From an uncultured Candidatus Peribacteria bacterium (GTDB lineage: Bacteria > Patescibacteriota > Gracilibacteria > CAIRYL01), in NCBI GenBank assembly GCA_964509985.1, contig CAZDZQ010000010.1, forward strand, positions 6,187 through 70,186: a stretch of 64,000 bases of DNA, written 5' to 3'. The translations under genes and the position numbers were made by a program. Position 1 is the stretch's first letter; every line of letters starts with the position of its first letter. Below are positions 28,701-40,700 of the stretch, in pieces. The notes beneath the pieces were generated by a model that searched no databases, was not told the origin of the DNA, and was given only the letters and a program-made list of their open reading frames with translations.

Positions 28701-31700
28701 TTACGAAAAAAATTGAGTGAATTGTTTGATACAACTCTTGCAGAAAGCGAGGTAATAAAAATATCTGATATTTTTCCTGAAGATATAATAGAGGAAAGAG
28801 ATAGTGATGCAAATAGAGATGGTTTGGGTGAATCTTTAAAAAATATTATAAATAAAATAATAAAAGAAATTGAAGGAGAGGTTTTGCAAAAAATTATCTT
28901 TGATATTATTGAAGAGTCTGGGAATGTAATATTGCCTGAATTTTCAAAAGAATTGCAAGAACAATTGCAAGAGCGTTTAATTGAAGAATTAGAATTAGCA
29001 TTCAATGAAAATTTTATAGAAAGAGTTTCTGCGTTAATTCCTTATCAAATTATTGATGATATTCATGGTGTTGATGTTCATGGGAATAAGATAACAGAGC
29101 AAAATGTTTTAGATGATGCTTCAATACTTGCATATAAGAAATTGATAAAATTAGAAACAAAAGTATTGAATGATAATCATTATACTTTGAATAATATGTT
29201 AATGAACGAATTTTCAGATTATGGTCGTTTAATAGTTAATGATTTATTAAATGGTGATGAAGGTGACAGTGAAGGTGAAGGTGATAGTGAAGAAGAAAGT
29301 CAGGCGCTAACAATAGCGGAAGTTTTTGAAATAATAAATAATTATGAAAAGAAAAAAATTTATAATTTTTTTAATGAAGAAAATAAAAATTTATTTAATT
29401 TTGAAGCTGCTGAAAAATATAAAATTCTTTTAATGGATACTGTTAGAAAAAATTTACTTAATAATTATGTTCGAAATATATCATTTAATTCACTTGAAGA
29501 TGATATATATAATATAATACAAGACATAACAATCGAAGTTCAAGGAAAATATCCGTCTCAAAGTATTCAAGAAATGGCTGATGAAATTCCAGAAAATTTA
29601 GGTGAAATGTATATCGAAACTCAAGAATTATTGCCAAGGTTAGATAGTAAATTTCATACATATTTACGAGTAAGTGGACGAACTTTTTTAGATGGAGAGA
29701 AATCAGCTCGTCCTAATGCAAATAGTCAATATCCTGCCGGTCAGGAAGCAAATGGAGTGTCATGGTTTAGAGATGATGACATGAAAAAATGGTCTATAGA
29801 TTTAAATAAAGGTACTGAAGACAGAAAAAGATATATTACTTCAAATGAATATTATAGAAAATTTCATAGGTATAAAAAAGGACATCCTAAAGATGAAGAT
29901 AGTGATGATTATGTTTATGAAGTAAATACTGTTAAAAAATTTAAAAAAAATATACCTGATGTAAATACATATCCAGAAGAAGTATTTTTTACAGATATAA
30001 AAAATCAATCAAAAGATGCATATGATTTAAAAGTGCGACAACAAGATTTAGTTTTTCATTGGCAAAACATGACAGCTCAAGAAAAACATGAAAAAATTCA
30101 ACAAATATTGTTAAGTAAAAATCAAAAATTGGTGCAACCTCTTCAAGAAAAAAATGAATATCTTTCCACTGGAGAATCAAAGCCATATGCATATGCACAT
30201 TGGCGTATAGAGGGAGATTCTGAGCCAGCATGGCTAGCGGAAAATGATCAAACTTCTCTTTTGTTGGGATTGCCTACTTCGGATTATGGTTCTGGAGCTT
30301 TTTCAAATTTTGAAAAAAATCCAGAAAAAATGCAGGCAATAGATAAAAATGGAGAAGAGCAAGATGAAGAATGTGGAGATATGGAAGGAGTTCCTTTGGA
30401 GGATTGGTTGGATGCTATCGATTGTTGGATGGAAAAAATGGGAAAATTGGATGAGTTAGAAACGACTTCTGCTTGTAATTTAAGTTTAGAAGAATTTAAG
30501 GCTTTGCAATCAGACGAAAAAGATACAAAAAATGCAGTTGAAAAAATTGAATTTACTCCAACTATTGAACCGTTTTTCGCAAAAGGAGAAAGTAAAATTT
30601 TATTATCGTTTAAAACAAAAGAAGATAAATTGGCATTTGGACATGATATTCGTTTTACTGTAACTCTTGAGAATGCAAAAATGAGAGATGTTATAAACGA
30701 TGTAGATTTAGAAAAAGAAGGAACTCAGCTTATTAATAGAACTGGAGAAGAGTGGATAGAAATTATTCCAGATGATAATGTTGAGAATGTAAAAATTACA
30801 GTAAAAATTGATGATGAAAATTTAGAAAAATCTGAAAATATTATTGGAAATAAAGAATTTGAAGTTTTACCACAAAATCTTGATGTATTTTATATTGAAG
30901 AAATTCAAAATACTGAAGTTTTAGGGGTAAAGGGGTATGAATTTAAAATTACATCTCCTGTAGATTTTATTCATTTTGACGAAGAAATAGTTTTATCTAT
31001 ATCTCCAGAAAAAGAAGGAATTTTGGGAACAAATACAGTTGAGTTAAATACTTCTTTTAAGGTGGGAGTAAGGACAGATGAAAGTGTTATACTTACCGCT
31101 TCTTTAAGAGGTTCAAAATCTGTATCTAAGATTTTATCAGGTGTTTCAGATATTTCTTCTACCGTAGGTGATATTCAATTACCCACACTTCCAAATATTA
31201 TAGATTTACATTCTCGTATAGAATTTGATGTCAGGTATTTAAATGAATTAGGAACAATTTTAGATTCTGAAATAGATGGAGAGTTACAATTGATAAAAAT
31301 ACCAGATGAAGAGCGAAAAAAATATAATGTAGAAATTTTAGATAACCAAAAAATACAAATAGAAACAAAAGGAGTTATTGGAGAAGTTACATTTACTCTT
31401 CAATATAAAAAAAATGGAGAAGTTTTAAGTAAAGAATTTTCTGTGTGGATTGGTGGAAAACATTCTGTGGAAGAATACGAAAAATTTAATTTTAATGCAT
31501 TATATGCCACTATTGTAGGACTTGAAAATTATGGAACAAATTTAAATAATCATTTTGCTACTAAAATATTGCATTCTTCAGATAATTTAAATGTTGTGAC
31601 TACTCAAATAATTGCACCAAAAGTAAAAAAACCTGTAGCGAGAATTTTTAATAATGGGACAATAGAAACGTATTCATCAGGATATAAAGCAAATCTTTTA

Positions 31701-34700
31701 AATATTTCACCTTTAAAAATAGGTTTGTATGATAAAAAAGAAAAAAGATATAAAGGAAAGTTTGATTTTGTAATAGAAAAATTTGAAGAAGAAAATTTGT
31801 ATTTACAGGCTCCTGTAAATGAAGAAAAAGGAATATTTTTTGAAAAATTATCTACTGCAAAAAGTATTTCAGCAGAGAAAAAAAATAAAAATATTTTTGT
31901 AAAACTTGATAATATTGATATTTTATCAATAAATAACTTAGGAAATATTGAAATTTTAGATAATAATTTTAGAGTTGAAATAGATGAAAAAGAAAAAGTT
32001 TTAGGTATATCATTGTTAATTCGTAAAAATGATACAAGTACAACATATGGTCGAATTACTTTAAGAGGTGGAAAATTAAAAAAATCATCTGAAAGTATTT
32101 GGGTTAAAAGTTTAAAAGATGAAGATGGATACGAAATTTTAGAAACAGATGCAAAATTAGTACCTTTATTTTCAACATATCAAACAAATTTTTCTAAAAA
32201 TATATTTAGTTCTGGATTTAAGGACGATGAAAAATATGTTTTAGAATATGCATCTGGTCTTACTGTTGGTGAGGCAACACAGTCTTCTGCAGATTTATTT
32301 TTAGTAAATTTGGGAGATCCATCTATTTCTATTCCACCTCCTGCAGATTCAACATCAAGTGATTTTGATAGAACAATTGGAAAAAGTGTTTTAAAAGAAA
32401 AAGGAGGAACTATTCAAAAAATACTTCCTTTTGATTTTGATGGAGACGGGAAAGTGGATATTGCTGAAATTTCATCAGAAGGATTTGTTCATATTTTGTT
32501 GAATACAGGAAATGCAAATGGTGATATGAAGCAATGGGGAAAAGCTGTGCGTATAGATTCTGATTATAGGTCAATTTCAAAACTTTCTATAAAAGAAGAT
32601 GCAGAAGATGTTTATGATGATTTAGTATATGTTGATAGATTTGGTAAATTTCATCATATAAAAAATAAAGAAGGTGTTTTAAGCATAGTAGATAATCCTG
32701 AATATTTTCCAAAAGAAATTTTGATTACATCTGAAATAGAAGATTTAAATAAAGATGGATTTAGTGATATTATTGGAATTACAGAAAATAATGAAATAAA
32801 AATTTGGTATGGAAATTCTAATTATTTTATATCAGATCCAGTAAATATTGATTCTTATGGTTTTGTAATTCCAAAAGCAAAAGTTTTAGCTAAATCAGTT
32901 TTGATAAATTTTAAAAATATTGAAAGTATTTCAGATTTTGTAGATGATATAAAACAAATTTCTTATATTTCAAAAATAAAATCAGTTCAAAATAAAGAAA
33001 ATAAATCAGTAGAAGATAATTTATCAGAATCTAGGGTATTAAAAGAATATGAAGATAGAGCTGTTTCTGAAATTATTTTAGGAGATATAAATTCAGCATT
33101 TTCTGCTGGAGTTTCAGAAAAGCCATTTGTAGAAGCACAAAAAATACGAAAATCATTAAGTGTTACAAAAATAATGATTGAAGATGAAAATACAAATAAA
33201 ACAGTGCATCATACTGTAGGAAAAAAATATATTACTCAAATAGAAATTACATCAAAAGATACAAAAGATATTACATTTAATATTGCAGATTTGTACGGAA
33301 ATTTAATGGAAATAGACCAATTTTCTGTGGTGTGTAAATATAAAGATGCATCTACAAATACTTGTGGTGAAGAATATGCAGGATTTACATTTCCTAATAT
33401 TTCTCGTGCAGTAATTTTTGAAAATATAGTATTAAAACCAAATCAGACAGTAGTCTTGAGTTATTATTCTTTTATTAAAAAATTACCAAAGTTAGGATTA
33501 AGTTTAGCTAATTTAAATAATGCTGATGATAATATTATAGATTTTATTGTAAAAAATCCTTCAGATAAATGGGCTTTTCAGTATGAAAGTGTTGGTGAAA
33601 AGTTATATAGTAAAAAATTACCAGATCCTCAGGATTTAAATGTAGATTTAGAACCTTCTCATGGAATAGATGTTTCACTGCTATCAGGTTTATTGGATCC
33701 CGTTGAAATTTCTGACGCTGATATAGATAAAATAATAAATACTGTAGAAAAAATAAATACAGTAGGTAATGGTGTTAATGTTAGTATGGGGATGCAAAAT
33801 GCAATGGCAGGTGCGGCAGGTATAGATGTTCTTACTCCTAAAGAGCAATTAGAAGAATATATTAAAAGCTTATTTCCTAAAGAAACAGATACAACTACAA
33901 GAGCGGTGGGTGAGATTGTTGAAAATTTTGTTGAAGATTTATTAGATTGGCAAAAAAATGGAAAATTTGATGATGATGGAAATTCAATAGAGTTTAATGT
34001 TGAAAATATTAATACAGATTTACAATCTGTAATGATGGGTGCGCGATTTGAAGCTGTAAAATCTGCATCTGGAATTGAAAAAGCGGTAGATAATTTGACC
34101 AATGATGATGATGGTGATGGTGTTCCAAATCAATGGGATGAAGATTTAGATAAAGCGATGACTGAATTGGAAACGGTGTTGGACGATTCTATAGATTTTT
34201 TGGCAAGTTGTAATGGTGGAGGATGTTTGGATATGCCTGTAAATTTTGCATTTTTAGTTCCTGGAGAGATGAATATTTCAGGAATGGTAAATCAAGTATA
34301 TACATCTATTGCAGGGCAAATTGGTAATGTTTTAAAAGACGATACTGTTTCATTGGCTGTGAATGGTGCAAAGCAAATGGCAATGGATGGAGTTGGAAAT
34401 TTTGAAGGTGATCAGCCTTTTGTTATGACTATTTTCAATTTTGGATCAGGGACATTTTGTGTATTGTATGCATGTTTTAGTTATTATCCAATTGTAAGTA
34501 TTCCTTTTGAAACAGGGTTTTCTAATTCTGAATTTAGATTTTATTTATCTCCAACAGTAACAGGTGGGCTTGGATTCGTAATTTGTACAGGAAGTGGAAA
34601 TTCTACATCAGATCCTGGTGGAAGTTGTTTTATTCAAGCTATAGAAGGAGATTTGGGAGATGTCTGTAATGATTTGGCTGCAAAAATTAATAATGCAATA

Positions 34701-37700
34701 CATAGTTCTCTTGGTGCAGGAAGTCGAGTTTTTGAAATTGATTCTCAGTATGTTGATGATTTATATGCAGAAGTTGGAGGAAGTGGAGATGGAACTATGA
34801 CAATAGGAGCATATAGTCTTGGAAATATTGATACCAGTATTCCATCATCTCAAAATACAAGAATTAATTCAGAAAATTATTTTGGGCGTTGGTTAAATAG
34901 GCAAATTGAAGAAATCACATCTATGTTTACAGTTCCTACTCTTACTATTTTGTATCCTGATATTTCTAATACTTTTTTTGGTGAAAATAATACTTCAATT
35001 ACTGCAGGTATGATACAAGAAGATGATTACAAAGATGCATCTAATGCTTTTTCAAATGATACATCAAACATTACATTTGAAAATCAATGGAATAATCAAG
35101 AAGACAAAGAAAAAAAACAAGATGAAGATAGAAGTGAAGGGGTTTTAGACTCTTCAGAGTCAGGTATAAATTCTGTATATGACTATATAACTCCGCAGGG
35201 TAAAAATAAAGAAGCGGTAAAATATTCAGCCAAATCTATAGATGATTTTTACAGAATCTTGGAAAGTGTTCCTATTATAAATATTAGAAGAGAGTCTATT
35301 GTTATTAAATATCCATCTCTTTCTCGAAAAGAATTATTAACAAAAATTCATGATTTAGATGTTTTTATAGAGGCTGCAAAAGAAGAACTTAATACATTTG
35401 AAGATTTAGTAGTGAATTGGCCTGCAGATAGAAAAGCAGAGCATCAACAAATTGTGAGAAAATGTAAAAGATTTATAAAAGATTTAGTTAAATTATTAGA
35501 TGCTTTAAATTTTTATAAAGACGAAGCAGGTGATTTAATTGCAGATTTTGATTCACAAATGAGTCGATATATTTATTCAATAGTTTGTTATTTAAATGCT
35601 ATTACAGATTTAACAGGTGGATGGTTAATGAAAAATAAAATTCGTTATGAAAAATGGTTAGAGTTTTATGACACTATTATAGAGTTAATGAAAATGTATA
35701 AAAAAATTCCAGAGATTTTAAATGGATATCAGGCTTCTTGTGAGCAATGTAGAGCAACAAATGCAGATTCTAGTGATAATATGGTGGGGTCGATTGGAAG
35801 TTTCTTTCCAGAACCTCCTATTATTCGATTTCCTCGTCTCCCTGATCTAGTATTAGATGTATCTCAAATTAATGCTGGAATTACAGTTTCGATTCCAGAA
35901 ATTACATTCAAAGCAGTTCCTTTAAAAATTCCTAATTTACCGAAGGTATTGTTACCAAATGTTCCAATTTTAGCTGTAAATTTAAAATTTCCAAAAGTTC
36001 CAAATTTACCAATTTTTGAATTACCAGTACTTCCAGAATTTCCAGATTTGAATATTCCCGTGTTACCAAATATTCCACCGCCACCAAAACTTCCAGATAT
36101 TCCATCAGAGCTTATGGATGTAATGGAGGTTATTGAAAAAGCATTATATTTATATTGTATTATTGTGAGACAGGGGATTTTCTTTCATGATGAAGATACT
36201 GCAATGTCTGTTGTAGAAACGCTTACAAATAGAAAAATAAATCCATTAAGTATGGACTTTATATCAAAAGATTTTCCAGATATAGTATTGCCGAGTATTT
36301 CTGAAATTGAAATTATAGCAGAGGTAAATTTGGAAAAAGATTTAGGTGCTATTTCAGATAAAGTTCAAGATTTTGCAGATGGTATAAATGATGCCACAAC
36401 AAACATGGTAAAAGACGCAAATCGTAATTTAAGTGATAATTATGATAAATATGGTGATCCTATAGATTTATCAGATAATAAATATGTGAAAAAAGTAGAG
36501 AGAGAGGTGGAAAATTTGCAAGAAAATATTAATAAAGAAATAGATGATAAATATAATAAAAATGTTGATAATTTAAATGATGATGTAAATGAAGGAATGA
36601 ATAATATTAATAAACATATTGAAAATCAGGAAAATAGAAATCAAGAAAATGTAAACACCGAAATAGATAGAGTAATAGATAAGGTAAAAAAAGATTTATC
36701 TTTTGAAAATTTAAATAATTCTGAAAAATTATTTAAAAAAATAATTGCAAAAGACATGCAAAACATGCAAAAAAATATAAAAAATATAAATAATCCAAAA
36801 AATTATATTTCTGTTTCTCAATTACGAAAAAAAATGGGATTACATAGCATGAAGAACATTGATATTTCTAAAAAAATAACTTCTGTTTCTCCTGTTTTAT
36901 CTAAATATCAAGATATGAATAAAGCTTTAATATCTATTCAAAAATATTATGAAAAACAAGAAACATTTTTAGCAGAAAAAAATATTCATTTTTTAGATAT
37001 GGTTGCTCAAAATATTTCAGATTTCCCAAAATCTAAAGTATATGCATGCGAAGGTGAAAATTGTTCAGATAACCAAATATCACCAATATCAGAAGAAGAT
37101 AAAAGAAATCCTACAAAAAATAATTCTCCACAAAAACAACCAGATGAAGGAATTTTTATTCAGTCAGAAACTGGAGCGGTTACAAAACTGACAGAGTATA
37201 CTGATGAAGTCACTCAAATTCATACATTTTTTAAGAATGATATGGATGGAGATGGATTGGAAGATATCGTTTATGCAACTTCAAATGAGATTTTTATTAA
37301 ATATGCAAATAATTTTAATAAAAATTATAGATTAAAATACTTAAAACAAGGTGTTTATGTTCCTGAAAATGGGGATCCAACATCTGTAGAAATTTTAAAT
37401 TTTGAAGAAATTTTACCAGAATTTTTATCTCCTAAAAATTTGGAAGTGTTTGGAGATGGAAAAAAACTTTCAGTTTCTGTGTTGCCAGAACCAAAAGAAT
37501 TAATTTCTGGAGTGTTGTATACGATTGATGATTCAATAACATTTGAACAAAGAAAAGGTGGGGATGTTCAAAAAATTAGAAAATATATATTTCAACTTAC
37601 AAAAGAAACATTTGATAAAATGTCTCAAAAATATTCTGGAATGATAGAACGAGATGTAGAATGGGAAAAAGAAGTTGGAGAAAATTTTATTGAAATCAAT

Positions 37701-40700
37701 AATCAAAAAATATTTTTAGAACCAAATTCTATAGTGCGAATAGATAAGTTTGATTATGGGCAACTTGAAACATTTATTCCAATAAATGATGTAAAATCAT
37801 TAAAAGCACGATGGATAACGAAAGATGGTAAATTAAGTAATTATGCAAATCATGATTTATTATTTAATACTCAAGCAAGCGATACTCATGCTCCGTTATT
37901 ATTAAGTAGAGATATATATGAAGAAAAATTAATGTATAAAAAAAATACAGTTTCATTAACTGGAGTGTTTGATTTAGAAAATGGAGATTCATCTGTATCT
38001 TGGGATACTGATAATGATGGGATTTATGAAACAACAGGGGATAGTTTTACTACAAAAATTCATGAAGAATTGTTTGAAAAAGAAAATGTTCCATTTAAAG
38101 TTACAGATACGCTTGGAAATGAAGCTATGGGAACTGCATATATAACATTTATATCTCCATATGTTAAAGTTGATAGTGCAACAGAAAATACTGTAAAAGG
38201 TCATGTAGAGCCTCGATATGCAAATGTTCCAGTTGTTTTATTAAGAGAACGATTTGGTGTTTTGAAAAAAATTAGAGATGTTGTAAAAACTAATGCTTTA
38301 GGAGAATATATTTTTGAACATTTAGATAATTCTGCTACGAATTTAGCAATTTTAAAAGATGAATCAGGAATAATTATTGGGGAAGTTGGCAAAGATGGAC
38401 AGCTTCATTCCTTGGAAAATGCACAAAATTATGAAATTAAATTATTGGAAGGAGATAAATATTTGCCACTACGGCAGGTTCTGGTTAATTCTGTAACGGG
38501 AAAGGTTGTTGCTACTCTTGTGTTAAAATCTAATAGTGAATATAGTGTAAAACTTTTACAAAATTTACAAAGTTTTACAGATGAAGTAGATAATAATAAT
38601 AATAAAAATAATATTTCAGAGTATAATAATTCTGTATTTATTACAGATAATAATGAAACTGATGATTTTGTATTTGGACAAATGCCACTGGATGCATCTG
38701 ATAATGCAGGTGGAGGTGTGATATTTTCAAAAATTGAAAATAAGCCAATGGTTATGGTATATCCAGATGGAAATATTAGATTTTTTCCAGAGTATAAAGA
38801 TAATTTATCTGTACGACAAAAAAATATTATTTATACAAATTCTGATGATGAGGAAATAACAAAAATTGTTGTTGAAATTTTAAATTCTGAATCAAAAATA
38901 TTTGAAGTTTTATTAGATATTCAAAAAACAAAAGTAAATATAGATTTTGATACGGTTGCAAGTGCGTCTGTGTTGGATTATGAAAATAATAATAAGCAAA
39001 ATGCAGAAAAATATAGTTTTATAAATATTCATAATTTTACAGCATCTGTAGATAATCTGATTCCAAATTCAAAAAATACATCATCAGAATTATTCAAAAA
39101 ATTTCCTTTTACGGATTTATCAGAGCAAAAAAATAAAAATATTTATAATGCTGTTAAAAATTTGTATGAAAAAAATATGATATCAGGATATGAAAATAAT
39201 AAATTTAAGCCAAATCAAAAAATAACAAGGGCTGAATTTGTTCATGAAGCTCTTGCTGTTACAAAATGTTTAGATTGTATAAATCCTTCAGATTTTGAAA
39301 AAAATAAATATTATAAGCCTTTTTCTTTTTCAGATATAGTTCCTCAATCGTGGTATGATTTTTGTATTTCAAAGGCAAAAGAAATTTCTATGATTAAAGG
39401 ATATAAAAATGGAGAATTTAGACCGAATCAAAATATTACTCGTGCAGAATCAGTCGCTATATTGTTACGGCAAGCTGATATTCCTTTAGAACAAACATTA
39501 AATACGGCAATTGCAAAAACAGAAAGTATTGGAGATTTGGATCCGTCTCAATGGTTTTATAAAGAAATGATAACCGGAATAAATTTAGGTTTGATAGATC
39601 CTGTTTTAGGATTTTCATTTCCAAATAAACAAATTACACGAGGAGAATTTGCGATTATGTCAGATAAAATATTTGTGTTGAGGGATTGTAGAGATGTTGA
39701 TAGTGATAATGATGGAATATTTGATTATTTAGAAGAGTATTATGGATCAAATGCTTTTGATAAAAACAGTATTCCTGAAAATATAGAAACATTAAAAAAT
39801 CCAAGAGATGAATTATTATCTCCTATTCCAGAAAATCAAAATAATCAAATTATTGATGATTTAACAGATAAAGAAAATAGTAATAATTTTGATAAAAATA
39901 TAGAGAATATAGATTCTGATGCTGATGGTATTCCAGATTATAAAGATATAGATTTTTCAGAATTTAAAGAAGATATAAATAATAATAATATTTCAGATAG
40001 ATTTGAAGAAGTACTGGGCTATGGAACTTTAGATATAAACAATAATGGTATTTTAGATTACTATGATTATTCACTTGTAAATCAATTGGATACTAATACT
40101 AATTTAAGTTTAACAGATAAGACTAGTACTAATTTGAGTTTAACAGATAAGACTAAGACTAATCTAAGTTTAACAGATAAGACTAGTACTAATTTAAGTT
40201 TAACAGATAAGACTAGTACTCGTGCTATTTTAGATTATTATGATTTAGTTTTAAATTTTTTAAATAATAAAAATAATAAAAATAATAATTTCACTTTATC
40301 TTTAACCGATAAAAATAATAACAATATTATTGATCAGCGTGAAGATTTGTATAATAAAGAAACTAGTAAAGATAGTGATAGTAAAGATAGTAAAAATAGA
40401 GATGATAGAGATAATAATAAAGAAATTTATCCAAATATAGATAAGATACCTCATTCTTTTCCAGAAGTTTTAACTGATTTATGTCCACTAGTTCCAGAGG
40501 ATTATGATAGAATAGACGATGCAGATGGATGTCCAGAATTGGAAAAAGCAGAAGATGTATTTGAAATGGATATTTCTACGTTATTTGTAAACAATACAGA
40601 CGAATGTAGTTTTGTAGATTATGCTGATGAGTTTAGAAATGGGGATATGATAAAAACTGTAATTTTATCACCAAATGAAAAATATTTATATAAAGAGAGC

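Noticed and set aside
26573-38392. Many 60-147-aa minus-strand ORFs inside the 4990-aa gene, for example 28568..29005 and 33659..34102.
   Set aside because: They are antisense to a continuous 14,973-nt ORF, have low-complexity translations and lack independent start contexts. Long stop-free antisense frames are expected in AT-rich, codon-biased genes.
40098-40217. Regular 30-nt repeats that could look like a CRISPR array.
   Set aside because: The units are directly adjacent with no spacers. They are in frame within a CDS and encode a repeated decapeptide. No cas genes are present.
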